Part shown: positions 51,925-62,440 of the stretch, in pieces
Numbering within the stretch: position 1 is the stretch's first letter
Layout of the letters: each line of letters begins with the position of its first letter
Origin: Basidiobolus meristosporus CBS 931.73
Taxonomy: Eukaryota; Fungi; Basidiobolomycota
NCBI GenBank assembly: GCA_002104905.1
Contig: MCFE01000009.1
Coordinates: 124,001 to 188,000 of the forward strand
Reading direction: 5' to 3'
Length of the DNA stretch: 64,000 bases
The notes under the pieces: model-generated
What the model was told of the DNA's origin: nothing
What the model saw: only the letters and a program-made list of their open reading frames with translations
Database searches by the model: none
Made by a program: the position numbers and the translations under genes

Positions 51925-52109
51925 CATCATCTTTAAGCAGGGAAGCAAGAATGCCTTTTGCTACAATGGCAAGACCAACTTCATTGTCAAAGAGATCATC
52001 CGACTGCCCAACTGATGCTGGATGCTACAATGTGCACAATGACAAGAGAACGCTCAAGGACATGTTGGCCAAGCTACAGAAAGACCCCAGCCTAGCCAAA
52101 TGCACATAG
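51925..52109 (+). pseudogene. 5'-truncated, frameshifted type D secreted-protein relic
   Basis: Matches the 3' half of 49105-49512 from IIFKQGSK to AKCT*, with an extra A (GTCAAAGAGA). The signal peptide and His repeats are absent. Confidence 0.8.
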
Positions 52110-53158
52110 ATCTCAGCGTGAGACTGCTATTCGCAGAAGGCCCTGTAGATGCTGTAGTCGGATCTAATAGAGTAACAGAATTTGTAAAATTTGACAAATT
52201 GGAACAGTAAGAGTTGCATACTTGTGGATGTTCTCAAATCAATAAATAGCACAATTTTGGCATACTTGTGTCATTTTTATGAATGAGAAAGAATTGCTAG
52301 TACACACATACCAAGCAATTAATACAGTCACTCAAGCGCTAGTCAACTTTTAATGGGTTTACCTTGCTTGCTTCATGAGTACTCGATAAGGTATGTTTGA
52401 ATTATAGATCTCGAAATGAATTCAACAATATGCCAAGAACCTAGATTTCTCTATGATAAACAATGCTTTTGTGATTAATTAACTCAATGCTCTTCTCCAT
52501 TTCACCTGTGGTTCATGTTCTCATCGAGTTGATATCATTCTTTATATGTATATACTTTTGAAAGTTTAGAAGTTCACTCCGCATTTTTCTTATGCAATCA
52601 TAGCTCCTGTTGGCTGCCACTGGATATTTTAATTTTATATATCAGCACTCACTATGAGGAGTAGGAGTATATATGTTGGTATGTTAAATTCCATATGTTC
52701 TTGATTGAAAGGTAATTCCTAGCCTCGATTTACCAAACATGTTAAAAATGATAGAACCAATACTAGGTTTTGGCCAAGAAGTAGCGTAAGAACATCTATT
52801 ATTTACTGATAGATAATTAAATGATAGATTAACATCATTGATTTTTACCCACACACCCTCTATATGTGCAGTACTCGAAGAAGTATACTCTGATATATTC
52901 ATGGAGCTATGGTAAGTCGACGTCACAAGTAAGGGTGCTGATGAAATGGAATTGATCACGTTTGAAAATCTTCACAAATGGAGAGGATGACGTAAATAGT
53001 TTAACTAAATATTTAATATATTTAGTATTCCTTTCAGATCTACTAACCAGGAACAATGCACCCAATGCTATATCTTTGAAATGTATTTAAATAGAGGGAA
53101 CTTTCATGCCAACCGATAAAAAATACTAAACATCTATAACTTTCACAAACAAATCATA

Positions 53159-53842
53159 ATGTCAAAGATCACTGCTGCCGCCAAAAACGCCGCCGGTAAC
53201 ATCCAGGAAGGAGTTGGAAAAGTGTTCAACAGTGAGAGCATGGTTGCCAAAGGTGAACAGAAGCAACTAGAGGCTGAACAGCAAAAGATTGCTGCCGACC
53301 AAAAGAACTCTGGCAATGCTCACTCTGCCAAGGGAGCAGCCAAACAGAATGTTGGCGAGGCCACTCACAACCCACACATGGCTGCTCAAGGTCAAGCTGA
53401 GCGCCACCACGGGAATGTTCAGCACAATACTGGAAGTGTGAATGATCCCACTAACACCGCTGGAGCTGGTTTGACTGGCACTCACCACCATGGAGTGACA
53501 ACAACTCGCGGAGCCCATTCCCATCCCGTGAACAGCCACATTGCCGGAACTACCGATCCAACGGGCCCTGGCTACACTGCCGGAACTGGTCATCATGCGG
53601 CTCACCACAACCCTGCCACCACTACAGCTGGCGTCCCAGCAACCGGAGTTGGGTCCACCCATGATCACGCCTACAACAATGGCACAAATGGAAATGGGAA
53701 TGCATCCACCATGTCTGAAAAGAAGGATCAAGTAATGGGAGCCATGAAAAAGAATATAGGAAGTGCTTTGGATAATCCATCTCTTCAAGCTAAGGGAGAG
53801 GCGCAACGGGCTGCAGGCCATCTTCAGGAGCATACCGCTTAA
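53159..53842 (+). CDS. CsbD/Hmp1-like hydrophilin, copy 6, truncated (227 aa; last unit lost)
   Basis: Early TAA after QEHTA. Downstream DNA (GAACAACCAGGGAAAGTAACAGAATCAGCGAA) is a decayed version of the missing C-terminal unit. Confidence 0.7.
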   Translation: MSKITAAAKNAAGNIQEGVGKVFNSESMVAKGEQKQLEAEQQKIAADQKNSGNAHSAKGAAKQNVGEATHNPHMAAQGQAERHHGNVQHNTGSVNDPTNTAGAGLTGTHHHGVTTTRGAHSHPVNSHIAGTTDPTGPGYTAGTGHHAAHHNPATTTAGVPATGVGSTHDHAYNNGTNGNGNASTMSEKKDQVMGAMKKNIGSALDNPSLQAKGEAQRAAGHLQEHTA

Positions 53843-54628
53843 GAACAACCAGGGAAAGTAACAGAATCAGCGAACGGACGCGAAAAATATCGGACATCTT
53901 ACAGATCCTTAGAGTTGATGTTACGCATGGCAACTATCATCCCAACCGCGATTTGTAATAATGTTGTTGACTACTTGTAAAATTACACATAAACTTTCTA
54001 GAAAGGAAATTAAATTTCAATCATGTATATGCCAACTTCTGGTTGCCTTTGGCGATTTCGTACGATGAAAATATACCCACATTACTTGTTGATTCTTGTC
54101 TTGGCCGCATATTACGAAATATTAGTAACAATATAATATAACAAATAAGATACATTGATATAATCTTTCAATTTCTAAATTACACTTCCAGAGTTGACTG
54201 TTGTGGCGAATTCACATCAAGAAATAATCGTAGTAATGGCTGTGATAATAGATGATTACCTGCGATTGCTTCCCGTAGAACTTGTGATGCTTGATAAAAA
54301 CCTAAAACATCAATGGTCAAGTACCGAGTCTTTCGATTAAGATTTCAGGACCCCCAGTCTCGAAATGTTCTGTTTCAACAGTGTGTGAACCAGTTCAAAC
54401 GCAAACATGAAATTCTGATCGCCCTCTTGACACTTTTCATGGCCCAATCACACAGCGCTAGATAAAAATAGTAACGTTTGACATGAAATAGATCCAGCGA
54501 TCCACTAACAATGCTCTGCGCCACACCTCGTGCTTTCTCACCACACGCTCCGCTACATGTTGGCCTTCCCTCCTCAACCACAATAAAAGAAGCCGAGCTC
54601 AACGACTACAGGCCATCCATTCTTCAAC

Positions 54629-55036
54629 ATGAACTACTTCCTGATCCTTGCGCTTGCCTGTACCGCTGTGCTTCACCTCGACGGTGTCCAGTCCCACTCA
54701 TCAAAGCACACCTCAAAGCACCATTCCAAGCACTGGTCTAAGCATCACACCAAGCACTGGCCCAAGCACCACTCCAAGCACAAGCATCACTCCAAGCATC
54801 ACTCCAAGCACAAGCCCCACTACAACCCATTCACCCCAAAGAACTACCCTGGCATCATCTTCAAGCAGGGAAGCAAGAATGCCTTTTGCTACAATGGCAA
54901 GACCAACTTCATTGTCAAGAGATCGTCCGACTGCCCAGCCGATGCTGGATGCTACAATGTGTACAATGACAAGAGAACGCTCAAGGACCTGTTGGCCAAG
55001 CTACAGAAAGACCCCAGCCTAGCCAAATGCACATAG
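54629..55036 (+). CDS. Type D His-rich small secreted protein, same protein as 49105-49512
   Basis: Identical translation, and about 270 bp of upstream DNA is also near-identical. Confidence 0.85.
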   Translation: MNYFLILALACTAVLHLDGVQSHSSKHTSKHHSKHWSKHHTKHWPKHHSKHKHHSKHHSKHKPHYNPFTPKNYPGIIFKQGSKNAFCYNGKTNFIVKRSSDCPADAGCYNVYNDKRTLKDLLAKLQKDPSLAKCT

Positions 55037-56398
55037 ATCCCAATGTAAAATTGACATTTGGACAAGCACTTGTAGTTGCTGCAACTGGCCACAATAGAGT
55101 TACAGAATTCAATCCAGGCTTAGGAAAAATACAAGTTACATAAATACTTCCAGTAATAAATTGTTTGATTTTGGCATACTTACATAGGAGTTGAGCATTG
55201 CTCTCATTTACCATATTTCTCCTTCTATTCAGCACGAGTGCTTTATCTTCAAATATCTGCAACCATCCTTCTTTAAAAAGGGAATCTCAATATGAAATTA
55301 ATGCTAGAGACTCAGTGAAATATCTTAATAACATGAAATGTTGTGGTATAATAATTAAAATTCATGTAATAGTTCACCTGTTTCACTAACAGGTCAACCA
55401 GAAAAAGCAATAATAGTTTCTCGATCAGTGGCGAGCGGTATGGTGGCCAGTGGTAAAGTATCTTCAACTATTTCATCCGAAACCCTGTTTGCGACGTAGG
55501 CATTACGTGGTATTGTCCGATATGATAAATTGTGTTTGACCAAGTATGAATATTACAAAGCGGTTTGGTTCATGTAACTAAAATTCTGGATTAACGACAA
55601 TAATCAATGTATGTTCAGGAGATTATGAATAAATTCGTATCTTCATGGCAACTGAATGTTAGTTGTCCGGAAAAACCTCTTGATCTCAATTGTTTGTAAT
55701 ACCCAACAAGTATGTCAGAGACAATTGCATTGGTAAGTTTGGACATTTTATCGTCGATCAAACTAGGCTTCAGTTACCAAACTAAGTACCTACTGTCACT
55801 GAATTTTCTCAACACAGCCTCACAATATGCAAAATAATGTAGCTCACCGATCCTTCAACTTAAAATTCTGGCTCTGGTATACATGTGTTGGCAAGATATT
55901 TATTCTTGTCGATATGTCAGCTTGGCTATCTTTGTTTTCTTAAATTTCAAGTCAGACTCATTTTACATTGTTATAAAGAACAGTTGGCATATCACCGTGG
56001 GGACTGGCACACAAACAATACTGGATACGGTTATCCATATGATCTCTATGCGTTGTATCTTGAGATTGCCCCAAAATGTAGAAAATGATATCATAATCCC
56101 ATGCTGTGAGCTGACGCTCGCACAAGTACAGTGTGCGTCAGATTGACTGGTTGTTATGAGATATTAACTATTCTATAGCTTGTTTAGCTTGTTTAAGCGC
56201 TCTTCGATGTTCTTTGAATTTGAATTGTAGGATTTGCATGCAAATATGCCAAAATTGTGACATTTATTGATCCGAGAATGCCCACAGGTGTGCAACTCGT
56301 ACTCTTTCATAACCTCTAGCATTACGTATTCTACTGTTCTATTGGATCCTTCTCAGCCACTACAAAGCCTTATCCAAGTATCAGTCTCACACTGAGAT

Positions 56399-56806
56399 CT
56401 ATGTGCATTTGGCTAGGCTGGGGTCTTTCTGTAGCTTGGCCAACAGGTCCTTGAGCGTTCTCTTGTCATTGTACACATTGTAGCATCCAGCATCGGCTGG
56501 GCAGTCGGACGATCTCTTGACAATGAAGTTGGTCTTGCCATTGTAGCAAAAGGCATTCTTGCTTCCCTGCTTGAAGATGATGCCAGGGTAGTTCTTTGGG
56601 GTGAATGGATTGTAGTGGGGCTTGTGCTTGGAGTGATGCTTGGAGTGATGCTTGTGCTTGGAGTGGTGCTTGGGCCAGTGCTTGGTGTGATGCTTAGACC
56701 AGTGCTTGGAATGGTGCTTTGAGGTGTGCTTTGATGAGTGGGACTGGACACCGTCGAGGTGAAGCACAGCGGTACAGGCAAGCGCAAGGATCAGGAAGTA
56801 GTTCAT
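56399..56806 (-). CDS. Type D His-rich small secreted protein (inverted), same protein as 49105-49512
   Basis: Identical translation, with one visible synonymous difference (AAC/AAT in YNPF). Confidence 0.85.
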   Translation of the reverse strand: MNYFLILALACTAVLHLDGVQSHSSKHTSKHHSKHWSKHHTKHWPKHHSKHKHHSKHHSKHKPHYNPFTPKNYPGIIFKQGSKNAFCYNGKTNFIVKRSSDCPADAGCYNVYNDKRTLKDLLAKLQKDPSLAKCT

Positions 56807-57614
56807 GTTGAAGAATGGATGGCCTGTAGTTGTTGAGCTCGGCTTCTTTTATTGTGGTTGAGGAGGGAAGGCCAACATGTAGCGGAGCGTGTGGTGAGAA
56901 AGCACGAGGCGTGGCGCAAGGCTTTGTTACTGGACCCCTCATCAATTCCTCCTCAAACGTTTCTATTTACCTTTCATCATATGATTGGGTCATAAGTAGG
57001 GCCAAGGGGATGATAGTGTTTGAAAGTTGCCATGTTAGTGAAACAGAACATCTTGAGACAACGGGACATGATATATTGGCCCTCAACTGGCAGGCTTTTT
57101 AACCAACTTGAAAGTTAAACTCATACTGAATTATTATTCACCAATTTTTCTGTAAACACCGGCCTCAACAGGCAATATTCATAAATTTTTTACTTCTACG
57201 TTCACAATTTCAAAAAGCTTGGAAGTAAATATATCGACAACTGCAAAAGTAAGAGTGTACTCGCATAAGAGAGTTAGCAGTAAAGTGCAGTCAAACACAT
57301 CTACCCCAAGTTATTGACAGAGCTTCGACAGTATGCTAATTATTACTATACTATTTTAGCAAGACGTAGTCGTCCTCTTCTGGATAACAATGCCGATGTA
57401 ATACAATTGTCTATACGCGCAACACACTACCCGGTAATAATGGAGTTAAATTACTCCATTTTCTTTATACCAGTAGTAAAATCCAGGATTTATTTGAAAT
57501 GTTTACTCCTCAATTATTCTTGGTCATAACTACATGTGCACTAAATTCAGGTTCAAATATTTATATCACTATTTAACATGGTATATTGGCATTTACATTA
57601 TTGCTATCTTTCAA

Positions 57615-58475
57615 TTAGAGTACTCGATTAGGGTTGTTGTAGTGGTGAGAAGCATTGTACTGGGCATCCCCATGTACTCGTTGAGATGCACCATTCAGCT
57701 CCATGGATGGGTTGCCAGTGGCGTACCCAACATTCTCCTTGATCGCTCCAGATGCTGCATCCGCTGATCCTGCAACTCGTCCCGGTTGTTGTTTGGCTGC
57801 ATGTTCCTGGAAGTGGCCCTCATTGCGCTGTCCTGCTCCTCTGGCCTCGAGGGATGGGTTGTTGAAGGCACTTCCTACATTCTCCTTCATGGCTCCCATT
57901 GCTTGATCCTTCTTTCCAGACATGGTGGATGCATTTCCATTCCCATTTGTACCATTGTTGTAAGCATGACCATGGGTGGATCCAACTCCGGTTGCTGGTC
58001 CCCCAACTGCCGTAGTAGCTGGATTGTGGTGAGCAGTATGATGGCCAGCGGCAGCAGTGTGGCCAGGACCAGAAGTATACGTGGTTCCAGAGATATCACT
58101 GTTCACTGGATGTGAATGGACTCCGGTGGAGGTGGCAGCACTATGGTGGTGAGTACCAGTCAAGCCAGCTCCAGTGGTGTCAGTGGGATCGTTCACTCTT
58201 CCAGCGTTGTGTTCGACATTCCCGTGGTGACGCTCAGCTTGGCCTTGAGCAGCCATGTGTGGGTTGTGAGTGGCCTCGCCAACATTCTGTTTGGCCGCTC
58301 CTTTGGCTGAGTGAGCATTACCGTAGTTCTTTTGATCAGCTGCGACCTTTTGCTGTTCGGCCTCCAGCTGCTTCTGCTCACCTTTGGCAACCATACTCTC
58401 ACTGTTGAACACTTTTCCGATTCCTTCCTGGATGTTACCAGCGGCATTCTTAGCGGCAGCAGAGATCTTTGACAT
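57615..58475 (-). CDS. CsbD/Hmp1-like hydrophilin, copy 7, 286 aa
   Basis: Intact ORF with few substitutions relative to 50683-51543. Confidence 0.8.
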   Translation of the reverse strand: MSKISAAAKNAAGNIQEGIGKVFNSESMVAKGEQKQLEAEQQKVAADQKNYGNAHSAKGAAKQNVGEATHNPHMAAQGQAERHHGNVEHNAGRVNDPTDTTGAGLTGTHHHSAATSTGVHSHPVNSDISGTTYTSGPGHTAAAGHHTAHHNPATTAVGGPATGVGSTHGHAYNNGTNGNGNASTMSGKKDQAMGAMKENVGSAFNNPSLEARGAGQRNEGHFQEHAAKQQPGRVAGSADAASGAIKENVGYATGNPSMELNGASQRVHGDAQYNASHHYNNPNRVL

Positions 58476-59386
58476 GGTGATTTGTTTGGCTGATGGTAGT
58501 GGTTGTATTTCGGTTTTCTGATTGTTGTAAACAACGCCATGATGCTTATATACTTTTCCACATTACTACTGTTTGCATCGGAAATCACCAAACTAGATTT
58601 GGTCAACGGTCAGACAATATCACAACAAGCTTCCAACGTCACACCTTCCATTTGAGGGAATTTTATTAATCTGGCTCAATTTCAACGTCATCAGCACCCT
58701 TACTTTTGTGACGTAGATATTACTTGTATTCACTAAATTCAATGAACAATTTGGATGGTTAACTTTACTTCTCAATTTAATGACGTCGGCAGAACAAGGT
58801 CAAATAATGGCATTCAGCTTGTCAGTCTATATTCAGCATAGCGGCTTGGGTCAGTGCTCCACCAACCCTGCCACTTTAAAATCGATTCTACGGCAGCTTT
58901 GACAAATATGCAGATGTTCAAAGTGACCAAATTGCAATTACCGGTCTAAAGTTCGCACGCTATTTGGAATTATAGTCATCAGATGAGTATTCAATTTCAC
59001 TATCTAGTTTGCGGTATTTCATTGACAAACCAAGTTGCAGCTGCCAAGCTTAATAACGTGCTATCGCTGAATGCCTTCAACATCTCCCTACACCAACGCA
59101 GCCAAACTATATTCCACTCAAAAATAATTAAGATATTTGTTTTCCCTCGGCCGAAACAACTAATACCTTCATAGCTTCCCTACGAAAAAAATTAGTATTT
59201 TCATCCCCATATCGAACTGATACTTCTATAACCACCTATGCGATAGTACCATTTATTACTAAAAAATTTCTTACTATAAGCGCCTTGTGCTTATCAAAAA
59301 CCTCAAGCACACTGAATTCTGGAACTCTATCAGATCTAGTAGCAATCTCTACGAGAACTTCTAATATCAGCTCGCGCAGGAATCTA

Positions 59387-60037
59387 TTAGCATTTGGCTA
59401 GGCTGGGGTTCCTCTGTAACTTAGCTAGCAGATGCTTGAGATCTTTCCTGTCCCTGCTCACGACGTAACATCCAACATCTGCTACACATTCGGATGATCT
59501 CTCGACAATGAAGTTGATCATGCGATTGTAGCAAAAAGCATATTTTCCATCTCGTTCGAAGATGATGCCAGGGTAGTTCTTGGGGGTGAACGGGTCGTAG
59601 TACCTTTCATGCTTGGGCCAGTGCTTTGTGTGGTGTTTTGGCCAGTGCTTTGTGTGGTGTTTGGGCCAGTGCTTACTGTTATTGTTATTGTTGTTCCAGT
59701 TCTTGTTGTTGTTATTGTTGTTGTTCCAGTTCTTGTTGCTGTTGTTGTTCCAGCTCTTGTTGTTGTTATTGTTGCTCCAGTTCTTGTTGTTGTTATTGTT
59801 GCTCCAGTTCTTGTTGTTGTTATTGTTGTTCCAGTTCTTGTTGTTGTTATTGTTGTTCCAGTTCTTGTTGTTGTTGTTGTTGTTGTTGTTGTTCCAGTTC
59901 TTGTTCTCATACTTGTAGTGATATTCCGAATAGTGATTTGAGTTTTGCCTTGATGTTTGCTTTGATGAATGAGATTGTACACCATCTAGGTGGATTACAG
60001 CAGTACAGGCAAGTACAAGAGCCAGGAGATAGTTCAT
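59387..60037 (-). CDS. Small secreted protein with Asn-rich (KNWNNNNN)n and KHWPKHHT repeats, 216 aa
   Basis: Signal peptide like type D, the repeat block, then YDPFTPKNYPGIIF...FCYN...CVADVGCY...NPSLAKC. Confidence 0.85.
   Translation of the reverse strand: MNYLLALVLACTAVIHLDGVQSHSSKQTSRQNSNHYSEYHYKYENKNWNNNNNNNNNKNWNNNNNNKNWNNNNNNKNWSNNNNNKNWSNNNNNKSWNNNSNKNWNNNNNNNKNWNNNNNNSKHWPKHHTKHWPKHHTKHWPKHERYYDPFTPKNYPGIIFERDGKYAFCYNRMINFIVERSSECVADVGCYVVSRDRKDLKHLLAKLQRNPSLAKC
59605..59905. repeat. Coding mini/microsatellite: (TTG)n-based units encoding (K[N/S]W[N/S]NNNNN)-type repeats plus 24-bp units encoding KHWPKHHT
   Basis: Directly visible tandem units such as GTTCCAGTTCTTGTTGTTGTTATTGTT and TTGGGCCAGTGCTTTGTGTGGTGT. 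Confidence 0.9.
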
Positions 60038-60763
60038 ATTGAAGAATGCGTGGACTATAGTTGTTGAATTCGGCTCCTTTTATGCGGTAGAGGATGGGAG
60101 ACTAGGGCGAAATAAGGCATTCTGGTGCAAGAAATTATGAGACGTGGCGCAGAGCTTTTTCAGTGAGTCACTTGGCCTATTTCTTCTCAAACACTACTAT
60201 TTTTGCAAAGCTTCATTTAATTGGGTCATGGATAGCATCAAGAGTACGGATGACCTTTTATAGCTGTGCTTGAAACAGAACAATCTGAGACAGAGGGCCT
60301 CCGAGCATTAGAGACCAGCTGCCTGACTTGTAGCTCAACTTTATTGTATAATTGGCGCATTCTTTACTATATTTTTGAATATATTCCAGGATATTTTGTT
60401 GACATTATGCACATCTACATACATGCGATTAAGCTCTTTGTATAGGTGTACTGAATGAAGCATAGTTCGATAGTCAAGTTATTGAGATACCAACATGTAT
60501 GTATAATCAATGTTGAAATCCACTTTATCTCATTGATGTTGATGAGTAGCTATGAACCAAGCCAACAGGTCATAAGTCAAAGCTAAACAATAGTGAGCTA
60601 AATTTGACTATACTATCACAACAGCCCATTGATAGCTATTGATAGCAAGCAAAAGCACATAACTGCCCCTTGTAATCGTACATCAAGCAGAAATTGAGGT
60701 ATTTATTGTACAAGATAACATGATTTCAATACTCTTGAATTTTACATTACAATTATAACTCAA

Positions 60764-61627
60764 TTACAGTACTCGGTTCGGGTTGTTGTAGTTATTATGA
60801 GCGATATCATACTGGTCATCACCATGTGCGCGCTGCAATGCTCCATTCAGTTCCATGGATGGGTTGCCAGTGGCGTACCCAACATTCTCCTTGACCGCTC
60901 CAGATGCTGCATTCGCTGATCCTGCAACTCGTCCCGGTTGTTGTTTGGCTGCGTGTTCCTGGAAGTGGCCCTCATTGCGCTGTCCTGCTCCTCTGGCCTC
61001 GAGGGATGGGTTGTTGAGAACGCTTCCTACATTCTCCTTCATGGCTCCCATTGCTTGGTCCTTCTTTCCAGACATGGTGGATGCATTTCCATTCCCATTT
61101 GTACCATTGTTGTAAGCAAGACCATGGGTGGATCCAACTCCGGTTGCTGGTCCCCCAACTGCCGTAGTAGCTGGATTGTGGTGAGCAGTATGATGGCCAG
61201 CGGCAGCGGTGTGGCCAGGACCAGAAGTATACGTGGTTCCAGAAATATCACTGTTCACTGGATGTGAATGGACTCCGGTGGAGGTGGCAGCACTATGGTG
61301 GTGAGTACCAGTCAAGCCAGTTCCAGTGGTGTCAGTGGGATCGTTCACTCTTCCAGCGTTGTGTTCGACATTCCCGTGGTGACGCTCAGCTTGGCCTTGA
61401 GCAGCCATGTGTGGGTTGTGAGTGGCCTCGCCAACATTCTGTTTGGCCGCTCCTTTGGCTGAGTGAGCATTACCGTAGTTCTTTTGATCAGCTGCGACCT
61501 TTTGCTGTTCGGCCTCCAGCTGCTTCTGCTCACCTTTGGCAACCATACTCTCACTGTTGAACACTTTTCCGATTCCTTCCTGGATGTTACCGGCAACGTT
61601 TTTAGCAGTAGCAGAAATCTTCGACAT
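60764..61627 (-). CDS. CsbD/Hmp1-like hydrophilin, copy 8, 287 aa
   Basis: Intact ORF with the same architecture. Confidence 0.8.
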   Translation of the reverse strand: MSKISATAKNVAGNIQEGIGKVFNSESMVAKGEQKQLEAEQQKVAADQKNYGNAHSAKGAAKQNVGEATHNPHMAAQGQAERHHGNVEHNAGRVNDPTDTTGTGLTGTHHHSAATSTGVHSHPVNSDISGTTYTSGPGHTAAAGHHTAHHNPATTAVGGPATGVGSTHGLAYNNGTNGNGNASTMSGKKDQAMGAMKENVGSVLNNPSLEARGAGQRNEGHFQEHAAKQQPGRVAGSANAASGAVKENVGYATGNPSMELNGALQRAHGDDQYDIAHNNYNNPNRVL

Positions 61628-62440
61628 TATTAAGTTATTTGGGGATGGTAAGGGTAGATTGTTTTCTTGTCAGGTCGTGTATTGCCCCGGTTTCTTTTAT
61701 AGTTCTTTTCTTCTACCTTCCCCATCAATAGTATAGTTGTATATCAATAATGAAGTTAATTTGGTGTATGCATTCATTGATTGCGATAACAGAAATAAAT
61801 TTCGAGTCATGGTTGAACCACTTTTATTACATCACTGTTATGCAGGTGAGATTAATTTTGGTAAAATCGACATCAGTGGTGGTATTACCATTTACAAATT
61901 CAACTTGGAATCCCTTATCAAACCTTAATTTTATAAAATGCAGAATGCCTGGTACTGCTATTTGGAGTTCGGTATTCCATCATTGTTTTTGAAATTAGCC
62001 TTAATTGTCAATTATTGTGTAAAAACTAGGTTGTGACGTGAGCCTAAAAGGAGTGATGGGATGTGCTTATTTAGAACGGATATCAAGACTGGTGTTACAA
62101 TAGACTTGCAAAGATGGAAACAGTCGCTGACTATACTTCACCAGTATAGTGGAAATATCTTCGGTGCCATATTAGAGCCTCGTTTAAATCCTTTTTTCAA
62201 TCAAGTACAACATCGTTGATAACTATATTGAATTCTTTTAAAATTTCAAATACTGATAATTTTGTGTCATTTTTAGCAATAAATTGATTTATGACTAATG
62301 CTAATACAATGTACCATATATCAAACAACAATACGAAGCAATTTTCTTATTGGATTGTTCTGATTGCCATGCGACGAGAATAGTCTTTTTAATGCTAAAG
62401 CTTTTTTGCTTACAAATTAATTAAAGAGATACAGGATATA

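Noticed and set aside
49124-56787. 124-aa Ser/Thr/Pro-rich ORFs overlapping type D genes
   Set aside because: They are +1-frame readings of the His-repeat DNA. The apparently mucin-like composition is a frame artefact.
59518-60042. Poly-Cys, poly-Leu, poly-Val and poly-Thr ORFs in the ORF track
   Set aside because: These are alternative-frame and antisense readings of the (AAC)n coding repeat. Only the 59387-60037 frame has a signal peptide and the family core.
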